The translations under genes were made by a program, and so were the position numbers. Under the pieces are notes generated by a model. It did not search any database and was not told where the DNA came from. It saw only the letters and a list, made by a program, of their open reading frames with translations. This document shows positions 47,608 to 56,742 of a DNA stretch of 64,000 bases, piece by piece. Numbering within the stretch: position 1 is the stretch's first letter; every line of letters starts with the position of its first letter. Source of the DNA: an uncultured bacterium (GTDB lineage: Bacteria > Bacteroidota > Bacteroidia > Chitinophagales > CAIODY01); NCBI GenBank assembly GCA_903857255.1, contig CAIODY010000115.1:10068-74067 (forward strand), written 5' to 3'.

Positions 47608-48579
47608 ATGAACAACATGGATTTATCGAAAAAATTTGAAGATTATTTACACACTTTAAAATGGAAAAATGAGCCAGAAGGCTTGTACGAAGCCATTTCC
47701 TACATTTTGCAATTGGGAGGCAAACGCATTCGTCCGCAATTAGTTTTGTTGGGAAATGAAATTTTTAATGGCGATGAAAATGCTGTAATGCCTGCTGCTG
47801 CGGCGATTGAATTGTTTCACAATTTCTCATTAATTCATGATGACATCATGGATAATGCGCCATTGCGAAGAGGAAAAAAAACAGTGCACGAAAAATTTGA
47901 CACCAACACCGCCATTCTTTCGGGCGATGCTGCTTTGATTTTTTGTTATGAAGAATTGCTGAAACTACCTGCTGATAAGGTTTCCGCGGCGATAAAATTA
48001 TTCAACAAAACTTCATTAGAGGTTTGCGAAGGACAACAATTCGATATGTTGTTTGAAAAAAAATCGACAGTAAGCGTAGATGACTATTTAGAAATGATTC
48101 GCTTGAAAACCGCAGTATTGCTGGGTTGTGCGTTGCAATTAGGAGCAATGATGGCTGACGCAAATAAAAATGAGCAACATTTTATTTATGAATTTGGAAT
48201 GCAAATGGGCGTTGCATTTCAATTGCAAGATGATATTTTAGACACGTTTGGCAATCCAGAAACTTTTGGCAAACAAGTGGGTGGTGATATTATTCAAAAC
48301 AAAAAAACATTTTTATTGCTGAAAGCATTTGAGTTGGCAAATATAGAACAGCAAAGGGTTTTGGATGATTGGTTGAACAGAAAAGAATTCGACAATGCCA
48401 AAAAAGTAGAAGCAGTAAAAAATATTTTCAACCAAATAAATGTTCGAGAAATGGCTGAAACAGAAATGCAAAAACATTTTCAAAAAGCAATCGAAGCAGT
48501 GCATCAATTAGCCATTGCTGATGAAAAGAAAAATCAACTCATTGCATTTGCTGATGCATTGATGAAAAGAGAAAAATGA
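47608..48579 (+). CDS. Polyprenyl (geranylgeranyl/farnesyl) diphosphate synthase
   Basis: LIHDDIMD and QLQDDILD aspartate-rich motifs. Start moved from the TTG at 47575 to the ATG at 47608. Confidence 0.85.
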   Translation: MNNMDLSKKFEDYLHTLKWKNEPEGLYEAISYILQLGGKRIRPQLVLLGNEIFNGDENAVMPAAAAIELFHNFSLIHDDIMDNAPLRRGKKTVHEKFDTNTAILSGDAALIFCYEELLKLPADKVSAAIKLFNKTSLEVCEGQQFDMLFEKKSTVSVDDYLEMIRLKTAVLLGCALQLGAMMADANKNEQHFIYEFGMQMGVAFQLQDDILDTFGNPETFGKQVGGDIIQNKKTFLLLKAFELANIEQQRVLDDWLNRKEFDNAKKVEAVKNIFNQINVREMAETEMQKHFQKAIEAVHQLAIADEKKNQLIAFADALMKREK

Positions 48580-49856
48580 TGAATTACGAACAAACACTCG
48601 AGTATCTTTTTTCGCGATTGCCCATGTTTCATCGCATAGGCGCAGCGGCTTACAAGGCTGATTTGAAGAACACTTTGGCGTTGATGGAGTTTTTAAATCA
48701 TCCCGAAAAAAAGTTTAAAAGCATTCATATTGCTGGCACCAATGGCAAAGGTTCGTGTTCGCATACATTGGCTTCTATCTTTCAAAGCGCAGGCTACAAA
48801 ACGGGGTTGTACACTTCGCCACATTTAAAAGATTTCAGAGAGCGAATAAAAATTGATGGTAAAATGATTTCAGAAGAAGATGTGATTTCATTTACAAAAC
48901 GAACAAAATCATTTATCGAAAAAGTAGAACCATCATTTTTTGAAATTACTGTTGGGATGTGTTTTGATTATTTTGCAGAACAAAAAGTTGACATTGCCAT
49001 CATCGAAACTGGCTTGGGTGGCAGGTTAGACAGCACCAATGTCATTACACCCGAATTATCTTGCATCACCAATATCAGCCTCGACCACACCAATTTATTG
49101 GGCGATACGTTGCAAAAAATTGCTGCGGAAAAAGCTGGCATCATCAAAAAAAATGTGCCTGTGGTGGTTGGTGAAACCACCGAAATAAAATCAGTGTTTC
49201 AAGATAAAGCTGCTGAAATGCACAGCAGTATTGTATTTGCAGATGAACAATGGCAAACAAAAAATATTTTTCAAACAGAAAATGCTTTGCACTTAACAGT
49301 TTTTGATAACGAAAAAGAATTTGAAATTGAAAATCAATTAGCTGGATTTTATCAAATTAAAAACACAAAAACAGTTTTAAGTTGTTGCGAAATTTTAAAT
49401 GCAAATGGTTGGAACATCAGCTATGAAGCCATTTTACAAGGATTTAAAAAGGTGAAAACAAATACTGGATTGAGAGGACGATGGGATATTTTACAAATTC
49501 ATCCAACTGTTGTGGCAGATATTGCACACAACGAAGCTGGCATTGCTGCTGTGTTAGAGCAAGTTTCAAAAAGAAGATTTAATCAATTGCACATTGTTTT
49601 GGGCATGGTAAAAGATAAAGACATCAACAAAGTTTTATCGTTGTTACCAACTTCTGCCACTTATTATTTTTGCCAACCTGATTTGCCACGAGCATTACCT
49701 GTGGCTGATTTACAACAATCTGCTTTGCAATATAAATTAATTGGCGAAAAATATTCGTCGGTGAAAGAAGCTCTGCTTATTGCAGAATTAATGGCTGATG
49801 ATGATGATTTGATTTTGGTTACAGGAAGTAATTTTGTTGTAGCAGAAGTGATTTAA
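48576..49856 (+). CDS. folC: Bifunctional folylpolyglutamate synthase / dihydrofolate synthase
   Basis: HIAGTNGKGS Mur-ligase P-loop. ATGA overlap with the upstream gene. Confidence 0.85.
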   Translation: MMNYEQTLEYLFSRLPMFHRIGAAAYKADLKNTLALMEFLNHPEKKFKSIHIAGTNGKGSCSHTLASIFQSAGYKTGLYTSPHLKDFRERIKIDGKMISEEDVISFTKRTKSFIEKVEPSFFEITVGMCFDYFAEQKVDIAIIETGLGGRLDSTNVITPELSCITNISLDHTNLLGDTLQKIAAEKAGIIKKNVPVVVGETTEIKSVFQDKAAEMHSSIVFADEQWQTKNIFQTENALHLTVFDNEKEFEIENQLAGFYQIKNTKTVLSCCEILNANGWNISYEAILQGFKKVKTNTGLRGRWDILQIHPTVVADIAHNEAGIAAVLEQVSKRRFNQLHIVLGMVKDKDINKVLSLLPTSATYYFCQPDLPRALPVADLQQSALQYKLIGEKYSSVKEALLIAELMADDDDLILVTGSNFVVAEVI

Positions 49857-51184
49857 TTTTTGATTTCCACTTTCACTTTCGCAATTCTCATTTTATTCAT
49901 TTGTTGCACAGTGAGTTTAAATTGCTTGTATTGTGCAAACTCATTGAGGTGTGGAATTTTGCCAAATAATTCTAAAAACAAACCAGCTAAAGTGTCGCTT
50001 TCACCTTTCACTTCATCAAAAGTTTCGGTGGGAATATTTAAAACTCGGCACACATCGTTCATCAACATTTTACCTTCAAATACAAAAGTGTTATCGTTTA
50101 TTTTTTGATAATTAAATTCTTCACCTTCATCAAATTCATCTTTGATATCGCCAATAATTTCTTCTAAAATATCTTCCAAAGTTACTAATCCTGTTGTTGC
50201 GCCATACTCATCAACCACAATAGCCAAGTGGCTTCTCAAGGATTTGAATTCTTTTAGTAAGTCATCAATTTTTTTATTTTCAGGCACAAAAAATGGTGGG
50301 CGAATCAATTCGTGCCAATTGAAATTTTCAGGTTTATCTGAATGCAACAACAAATCTTTTGTAAACAAAATTCCTTTAATGGAATCAATATCTTCTTGAT
50401 AAATTGGGATTCGACTATAACCAACTTCATTCACAAATCGTAATAATTCTTTAAAATTAATGGTGTAATCGGCAGCCACAATATCTGGTCGGGCTTTCAT
50501 AATTTGCTTAGCCGATATGGTTCCAAACTTTGCAATGCCTTTTAAAATGCTCATTTCTTGTTTGGAAGTTTTATCGTGCAAAGCCAAGTCTATCGCGTGA
50601 TTAAGCTCATCGGTGTCAATTTCAGTTTGTTTTTTGCTCAATAATTTTGTTTCAATAATGTTCGTGAATGAAATTAGAATGTAGCTTAATGGCGAAAATA
50701 TTTTTGCTAAAACTTTCAATGGTAAAACCATAAATAAACACACTCTGACATTGCGTTGCGATGCGTAAATTTTTGGTAAAACTTCACCAAACAGCACCAG
50801 CACAAAGGTTACAGCCACTATCTCAATAAAAAATTTGAGAACAACCGATTGAATATTGTAAGAGTTGATGATGGCATAAGTGCAAACCACGATTCCAATA
50901 TTCACAAAACTATTTGCAATTAAAATGGTGGCTAATAATTTTCGAGGTTGCTCTAACAACACAATAATTGCGTTGGCTGATGATTTATATTTTTTTCGCA
51001 ACAACGTTAATTCTTTAGTAGTTAACGAAAAGAAGGCTACTTCAGCACCAGCAACTAATGCGCTGCAGATTAGTAAGAAAAAAACTGTGGTATAAAAAAT
51101 TAGAACCGAACTGTTGGCAGTGCTTGCTTGTAAAAGCAAAGTGCTTAATAAATGTGTATTTCCCGACGGAGGTTGCGTATCCAA
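49853..51184 (-). CDS. gldE: CNNM/CorC-HlyC family membrane protein with CBS pair, GldE-like
   Basis: N-terminal CNNM TM domain, two CBS motifs and a CorC_HlyC tail. Sits directly downstream of ssb; my recollection, not checked here, is that this adjacency was described for Flavobacterium gldE. Confidence 0.6.
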   Translation of the reverse strand: MDTQPPSGNTHLLSTLLLQASTANSSVLIFYTTVFFLLICSALVAGAEVAFFSLTTKELTLLRKKYKSSANAIIVLLEQPRKLLATILIANSFVNIGIVVCTYAIINSYNIQSVVLKFFIEIVAVTFVLVLFGEVLPKIYASQRNVRVCLFMVLPLKVLAKIFSPLSYILISFTNIIETKLLSKKQTEIDTDELNHAIDLALHDKTSKQEMSILKGIAKFGTISAKQIMKARPDIVAADYTINFKELLRFVNEVGYSRIPIYQEDIDSIKGILFTKDLLLHSDKPENFNWHELIRPPFFVPENKKIDDLLKEFKSLRSHLAIVVDEYGATTGLVTLEDILEEIIGDIKDEFDEGEEFNYQKINDNTFVFEGKMLMNDVCRVLNIPTETFDEVKGESDTLAGLFLELFGKIPHLNEFAQYKQFKLTVQQMNKMRIAKVKVEIKN

Positions 51185-51202
51185 AATATAGTGGTTTCGT
51201 TA

Positions 51203-51242
51203 AACAAAAAGAGTTGAACAACTTTTACATTGTTCAACTCTC
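51203..51242 (-). terminator. Hairpin plus T-run between ssb and the GldE-like gene
   Basis: GAGTTGAACA, 10-nt loop, TGTTCAACTC, followed on the minus strand by TTTTTGTTT. Confidence 0.65.
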
Positions 51243-51268
51243 ACAAAGTTAAAAATATTTTTCAACAA

Positions 51269-51721
51269 TTAAAATGGTAAATCATCTGCTGGTGCATCAT
51301 TGTTCATCATGCTTTCAGATGGTGCTGATGAAGATGCCGAAGATTGATTGTTGTTTTGAAAATTACCACCGCTATTGCTTGCGCCATCTTTGCCGCCCAA
51401 CATATTCATATTATCGGCAACAATTTCAGTAATGTATTTTTTTTGTCCACTTTGAGCATCATCCCAACTGCGACTTTTAATTTTTCCTTCTAAATAAACG
51501 GGTGTTCCTTTTCTTAAAAATTTTTGTGCAATATCAGCCAAAGCACCCCACATCACTACGTTGTGCCATTCTGTTTGCTCTTGTTTTTGTCCGCTTTTGT
51601 CTTTGTAAGTTTCGGTTGTGGCTAATGTGAATTTGCATTTCATATTACCACCATCAAATGTTTGTACTTCGGGGTCTTTACCCAAATGCCCGATAAGGAT
51701 TACTTTGTTTACGCCTCTCAT
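51269..51721 (-). CDS. ssb: Single-stranded DNA-binding protein
   Basis: OB-fold N-terminus MRGVNKVILIGHLGKDPE, Gly/Asn/Ser-rich linker, acidic DDLPF tail. Confidence 0.9.
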   Translation of the reverse strand: MRGVNKVILIGHLGKDPEVQTFDGGNMKCKFTLATTETYKDKSGQKQEQTEWHNVVMWGALADIAQKFLRKGTPVYLEGKIKSRSWDDAQSGQKKYITEIVADNMNMLGGKDGASNSGGNFQNNNQSSASSSAPSESMMNNDAPADDLPF

Positions 51722-51835
51722 GATTATTATAATTTTTAGTTTGTTACAAATTAAATTAGAAAACTAAAGTAAATGTAATTTTCGAAAAAACAAAAAAATA
51801 TTTTTTTCTAAGAAAAAAATTGGGCTAATAATATT

Positions 51836-52300
51836 TTACTTGTCTTGTTGCAATTCCTTCAAACGCTGCACCAATAGTAGTGTCCATTGCCTTTCAGCTC
51901 GGTAGAGCTTTACAATTTTTCGGTTGGAAATTATTTTTTTAAATTCTAAAAAATATTTTTTCTTCAAATCTAATTCGTGTTGTTCCATCACAAAACTTTC
52001 TGAAATTGCTTTTTCAATTTCAGCTTCGGTCATGTTGTCGTAATTCTTTTTGGTGTCGTGCAACAAATCTTTTTTGTCTTGTCTTGTAGCTTCTAACTCT
52101 TTTCGATATTGATTGTAAACAGGCCAAAATGCTTGCGATTCAGCAGGTGTCAAGTCCATTTTCTTGGTGATGAACGCAACTTTTTCAGCTTCCAATTTTT
52201 CTTTTACACTACCATTCAATTCGCCATCTTGGGCAAAAGAAACTCTGCAAAACGAAAAAATCGTTGCAATTAAAATCAGTATGTAGTTCTTAATCTTCAA
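51836..52300 (-). CDS. Periplasmic helical protein, LTXXQ/Spy-CpxP-like (tentative)
   Basis: Signal peptide. MDLTPAESQAFWPVYNQY resembles the LTXXQ motif. Last gene of the ECF sigma operon. Confidence 0.4.
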   Translation of the reverse strand: MKIKNYILILIATIFSFCRVSFAQDGELNGSVKEKLEAEKVAFITKKMDLTPAESQAFWPVYNQYRKELEATRQDKKDLLHDTKKNYDNMTEAEIEKAISESFVMEQHELDLKKKYFLEFKKIISNRKIVKLYRAERQWTLLLVQRLKELQQDK

Positions 52301-52314
52301 TGTTGTTTTCTTAA

Positions 52315-53214
52315 TTAAATCGCATCATTCAAAGTTGATTCATCCACTTCATTTTCTAAATATTCTTTCAACTCTTTTTTCTCTGATTCCTTTTTGCTAT
52401 CAACTTGCGGAATCACTTTTTTTGTTGCAGATGCTTTTGCAACAGGGTTTTCCATCAATTGCAAATCCTCCACATCTTCTGCATGATTTTGCAAATATGC
52501 ATTAATATCTTGAGCTGTTAAAGCCTGCTCGGTATTCTGATTCGGTTGATTGAAAAATATTGCTACACCAATCAACAAGGCTGCAACCGAAGCCGCTGCT
52601 GCAAATTTGAAAGAAGTTTTGCTAAACAATGAAACTACTTTTCCTTTCTCTGATTGCTTGGCTTTCACTAAAATTTCTTCAACATTGTTTTCAAAATAAT
52701 TTTCAGGAACGCTGAAACTATTGAATTTACTATGTTCTGAAACTTCCTCTTCTACACCAATTAATTTCGTTTGAGCCCAAATCCCATCCGCTAAATTGTC
52801 GAAATAATTTTCAGGCACATTGAAAGCATTCACTTTACTGAATTCTAACGCTTTCTCTTCTTCGTTAATTAATTTTGTTTGTGCTAAAATTTTATCTGCT
52901 AATGTTTCAAAATAATTTTCAGGAACACTGAAACTATTAACTTTACTATAATCTAAAACATGCTCATCAAACTTTGTCTGTGATAAATTTGGAGTAAATT
53001 CTTTAAAATAATTTTCTGGTGAATTAAAATGATTCAATTCACTGAAAGGTAAAACGTTTTCAATTTCCAAAGCCGATTTTGCTTTTTGCAAATGCAAATC
53101 TACTTGGCTTTCAAAGTAATCTTTCGGCACTTGAAAACCATTGCGGTTGCCGATTGCAGCCACAATGGGTGAAATTTCGTTTAGTTCTTTTTGTATGGAA
53201 TCACTCGTGTTCAT
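52315..53214 (-). CDS. Putative single-pass anti-sigma factor with five tandem PENYF repeats
   Basis: Sits immediately downstream of the ECF sigma gene. One TM segment (FKFAAAASVAALLIGVAIFF). The N-terminal region holds 5 copies of an F-x-VPENYFE module of about 36 aa. Confidence 0.45.
   Translation of the reverse strand: MNTSDSIQKELNEISPIVAAIGNRNGFQVPKDYFESQVDLHLQKAKSALEIENVLPFSELNHFNSPENYFKEFTPNLSQTKFDEHVLDYSKVNSFSVPENYFETLADKILAQTKLINEEEKALEFSKVNAFNVPENYFDNLADGIWAQTKLIGVEEEVSEHSKFNSFSVPENYFENNVEEILVKAKQSEKGKVVSLFSKTSFKFAAAASVAALLIGVAIFFNQPNQNTEQALTAQDINAYLQNHAEDVEDLQLMENPVAKASATKKVIPQVDSKKESEKKELKEYLENEVDESTLNDAI
52675..53140 (-). repeat. Intragenic tandem repeats of about 108 bp (5 units, 3 well conserved) encoding the PENYF module
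   Basis: 52691-52734 and 52907-52950 are identical apart from 3 mismatches in 44 nt. A third related copy lies at 52799-52842. Confidence 0.85.
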
Positions 53215-53262
53215 TCTTCTTTATCTATTCTACTTGCTATGACTATTTTTTATTGTTTTCGT

Positions 53263-53805
53263 TTAATCATTATCCTTCACAAACGCTTCAATTTTCTTCA
53301 CAGCATGATGATAACTGGCTTTCAATGCGCCTTCGCTGGTACCCAACACTTTACTCATTTCTTCATATGGCATTTCATCATAGTAACGCAAGTTGAAAAC
53401 TAATTTTTGTTTTTCGGGCAAAGTCAAAATGGCTTTTTGCAATTTCATTTCCATCTGATTGCCATCGAAATACTTGTCACTGCTCAATTTGTTGGCTAAA
53501 TGATTTTCCATATCATCTAATGAAAAAGCAAATTTCTTTTGTTTGTTAGCCAAAAAAGTGAGGCATTCGTTGGTGCCAATGCGATACAACCAAGTGTACA
53601 ACTGACTTTCTTCTCTAAAATTTTCTAAACCTTTCCAAGCTTTGATGAATGAATTTTGTAAAACATCATTCGCATCGTCATGGTCTAAAACCATGCGCCG
53701 AATGTGATAATAAAGTCGTTGCTGATATTTTACAACCAACGCCTTGAAAGCGGTATCACGGCTTGCAGGAATTTTATATTGCAATAAAATTTCTTCGTCG
53801 GTCAT
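53263..53805 (-). CDS. ECF-type RNA polymerase sigma-70 family factor
   Basis: Region 2 (DANDVLQNSFIKAWKGLENF) and region 4 HTH (MPYEEMSKVLGTSEGALKASYHHAVKKI). Confidence 0.85.
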   Translation of the reverse strand: MTDEEILLQYKIPASRDTAFKALVVKYQQRLYYHIRRMVLDHDDANDVLQNSFIKAWKGLENFREESQLYTWLYRIGTNECLTFLANKQKKFAFSLDDMENHLANKLSSDKYFDGNQMEMKLQKAILTLPEKQKLVFNLRYYDEMPYEEMSKVLGTSEGALKASYHHAVKKIEAFVKDND

Positions 53806-53981
53806 TTAGGTTTTTGTTTTTAAACCACATAGGCACAATAGAATTTTTCGCTTGCGAAACTATGTTGTTCTAAAAAATTCTTGCAAAAACTCAGAGTGCA
53901 TAGAAAATAAATTTTCAAACATAGCGTCAAATTGAATTTGCATTTCTATGAAATCTATACCTCTATGTGGTTAAATGTTTT

Positions 53982-54938
53982 TCAATTTTTTCTTGCAATC
54001 ACTTTCAATGCTGCGCTAACAATTTGTGGTGTATCTAAGCCATATTTCTGCATCAATTCTTCAGGTGTTCCGCTTTCGCCAAAAGAATCATTCACTGCAA
54101 TCATTTCCATTGGTGTAGGATTATTGATGGCTAAAACTTGCGCCACCGCATCGCCCAAACCACCATTGCGCTGATGTTCTTCGGCTGTAACCACACATTT
54201 TGTTTTTGCAACGGATTTTAAGACCGCTTCGCTATCAAAAGGTTTAATGGTGTGCATGTTGATGATTTCAACGCTCACATTTTGCTCGGCTAAAATTTTT
54301 CCTGCTTCAATGGCTTTCCAAACCAAATGTCCGCAAGCGATGATTGTTACATCAGTTCCTTCGCACAAAATTTGCGCTGTACCAATTTCAAATTTTTGCG
54401 TAGTAAAGTTGGCGCATTTTGGTCTACCAAATCTTAAATAAACAGGTCCTTTATAGTCAGCAATAGCAATCGTTGCAGCTTTTGTTTGGTTGTAATCAGC
54501 AGGAACAATCACTGTCATATTCGGCAACATTCGCATCAAACCAATGTCTTCCAAAATTTGATGTGTCGCACCATCTTCGCCCAACGTAAGCCCAGCATGA
54601 CTTGCACACACTTTTACATTTTTATTGGAATAAGCTATAGATTGACGAATTTGGTCGTAAACCCTGCCAGTACTGAAATTGGCGAACGTGCCAGTGAAAG
54701 GAATTTTGCCGCCAATGGTTAAACCAGCCGCAACCCCCATCATGTTGGCTTCTGCAATGCCGCATTGCACAAAGCGTTCAGGAAAATCTTTGATAAACGC
54801 ATTCATTTTTAATGAGCCAGCCAAATCAGCTGTGAGCGCCACTACATTAGGATTCATTTTTCCTAACTCATGTAATCCATCGCCAAAGCCGCCACGGGTT
54901 TCACGTTCGTCTATCTTTTGAATATCGGTAACTTTCAT
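53982..54938 (-). CDS. Transketolase, C-terminal (pyrimidine-binding) subunit of a split transketolase
   Basis: RGGFGDGL..., [14 protein letters not shown] and GEDGATHQ motifs. Start moved to MKVTDIQ (54938); the upstream extension [16 protein letters not shown] is translated from a repeat hairpin. Confidence 0.85.
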   Translation of the reverse strand: MKVTDIQKIDERETRGGFGDGLHELGKMNPNVVALTADLAGSLKMNAFIKDFPERFVQCGIAEANMMGVAAGLTIGGKIPFTGTFANFSTGRVYDQIRQSIAYSNKNVKVCASHAGLTLGEDGATHQILEDIGLMRMLPNMTVIVPADYNQTKAATIAIADYKGPVYLRFGRPKCANFTTQKFEIGTAQILCEGTDVTIIACGHLVWKAIEAGKILAEQNVSVEIINMHTIKPFDSEAVLKSVAKTKCVVTAEEHQRNGGLGDAVAQVLAINNPTPMEMIAVNDSFGESGTPEELMQKYGLDTPQIVSAALKVIARKN

Positions 54939-54968
54939 TTTTGTGTTGTTTTTGTAATTTAAAAATCT

Positions 54969-55009
54969 TTCGACAGGCTCAGGATGACTGTCATGGTGAG
55001 CTTGTCGAA
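54969..55009. repeat. REP-like imperfect hairpin of the TTCGACAGGCTCAGGATG type
   Basis: Arms at 54969-54986 and 54992-55009 match at 15 of 18 positions. It translates as the recurrent artefact peptide ...[11 protein letters not shown]. From memory, similar elements are widespread in Bacteroidota intergenic DNA. Confidence 0.6.
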
Positions 55010-55027
55010 CCATTTATAGGGGCAAAC

Positions 55028-55044
55028 AAGTTCACCAAACTTTT
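55028..55044. repeat. Single arm of the same element with one substitution
   Basis: AAGTTCACCAAACTTTT versus AAGTTCGCCAAACTTTT. Confidence 0.4.
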
Positions 55045-55117
55045 CTTTTTGACTGCGAAAGTAGAAATTAAATTTTCGCAAATGGAAAAAGAAAACTAAC
55101 AAAGTGTGGAAAGCTTT

Positions 55118-56710
55118 TTAATGCCCAGCATCATGCACTTCACCTGGTTTAACTTTGTAAATTTTCGCCATGAAAACTATTGGAATAATTGCAACTAAAA
55201 TCAATGACAAAACTTGAAAGATATTGATGTAAGTAATCATGCTGGCTTGTTTAAAAACTTGTCCATAAATCATCGAAAATGCACGAGCTTGGTTTGCCAC
55301 CATATCTGCGCTGCTGCTTGCCATAGCTGCTGTAAAAGTTTTTATTCTATCCAAATATTGAATATTGTCAGAAGCTACATTGCTGATTAAATCGTTGTAA
55401 TGTTGCGCCGTTGTTTTTTCTAAAACCACACCCATCACTGCAACACCAATGCTGCCGCCCAGTTGGCGAATCATGTTGTTCAAACCCGATGCTTGCTGAA
55501 TATCTTTTCCATGCAAACCGCTTAAAGTTAAATTGGATAAAGGCACAAATAATAAACCCATTCCCAAACCACGAACCATCAAGGGCCAGAAGAAATTTCC
55601 GGGACTTGTAGTGGGCGAAATTAAAAACGAACACCACCACACGAAGCCTGCTGTTAAAGCAAATCCGATGGCAATTAATATTTTTGATGGCACACCTTTC
55701 TGCAACATTCTGCCCACCATTGGCATACAAAATCCAGTAAATAATGCCCCAGGTGTAAACATCAAACCTGTATCAGTAGCGGTAAAGCCCAGCCATGTTT
55801 GTACAAAAATTGGGATGATAAAAACGGTAGAAAATAAAACTGCGCCCATCAAAAAACTTAGCGAAACACCCAACCCAACATTGCCTCGAGTAAACACTCT
55901 TAAATCAACAACAGGATGTTCGGTGGTTAATTCTCTCCAAACAAATCCTACAATACCAATAATGGCAGTGATGAAAACCTCAACAATGAAGCGGCTTTCA
56001 AACCAATCATTTCTTTCGCCTTGTTCTAAAAATAATTGCAACGAACCAATTCCTAAAATCAATAAAAATATTCCAAGCCAGTCAATTGATTTCTGCTTGA
56101 CGACAAACGGATTGTCTTTTACAAAAATCAGCGTTAAGAAAAATGCAATCAAACCAATCGGCACATTCACATAAAACAACATCGGCCATTCAAAATGGTC
56201 GATGATATAACCACCCATTAGCGGTCCTAAAGTGGGTCCTAAAATCACACCCATTCCAAACATCGCCATCGCCATTCCCATTTTTTCTTTCGGATAAATT
56301 TCTGTTAAAATAGTTTGCGAAGTGGTCATCAATGCGCCGCCACCAACGCCTTGAATGAATCTCCAAAAAACCAATTCCCAAATTCCCGAAGCATGTCCAC
56401 ACATAAACGAGCCAAACGTGAACAGCAAAACCGAACCAGCGAAATACCATTTTCTACCAAATTGCGAAGCCAAAAATCCCGACATCGGAATGATGATAAT
56501 ATTTGCAATCGCATACGATGCAATCACCCAACTAATTTCACTCACTGTGGCGCCCAAATTGCCCATCAATGTTTTTGTTGCCACGTTCACAATCGTAGTA
56601 TCCACCAATTCCAACAGCGCACAAAGCACCACCGTAATCGTAATAATCACACGTCTGTAACCGTACTCCACTAAGGCATTCGGGTCGTATTGTATTTTTG
56701 CTGTCGCCAT
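55118..56710 (-). CDS. MFS drug-efflux transporter, DHA2 (EmrB/QacA) family, 14 TM
   Basis: 530 aa with a 14-helix pattern. Downstream of the HlyD-type adaptor and TolC genes. Confidence 0.85.
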   Translation of the reverse strand: MATAKIQYDPNALVEYGYRRVIITITVVLCALLELVDTTIVNVATKTLMGNLGATVSEISWVIASYAIANIIIIPMSGFLASQFGRKWYFAGSVLLFTFGSFMCGHASGIWELVFWRFIQGVGGGALMTTSQTILTEIYPKEKMGMAMAMFGMGVILGPTLGPLMGGYIIDHFEWPMLFYVNVPIGLIAFFLTLIFVKDNPFVVKQKSIDWLGIFLLILGIGSLQLFLEQGERNDWFESRFIVEVFITAIIGIVGFVWRELTTEHPVVDLRVFTRGNVGLGVSLSFLMGAVLFSTVFIIPIFVQTWLGFTATDTGLMFTPGALFTGFCMPMVGRMLQKGVPSKILIAIGFALTAGFVWWCSFLISPTTSPGNFFWPLMVRGLGMGLLFVPLSNLTLSGLHGKDIQQASGLNNMIRQLGGSIGVAVMGVVLEKTTAQHYNDLISNVASDNIQYLDRIKTFTAAMASSSADMVANQARAFSMIYGQVFKQASMITYINIFQVLSLILVAIIPIVFMAKIYKVKPGEVHDAGH

Positions 56711-56742
56711 TTTTTTAATTAGTAATTACTAATTGATAATTA

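Noticed and set aside
55368-56674. Several 60-213 aa ORFs on both strands inside the MFS transporter gene
   Set aside because: They overlap a full-length 14-TM DHA2 transporter frame and show no independent motifs. They are treated as shadow ORFs.
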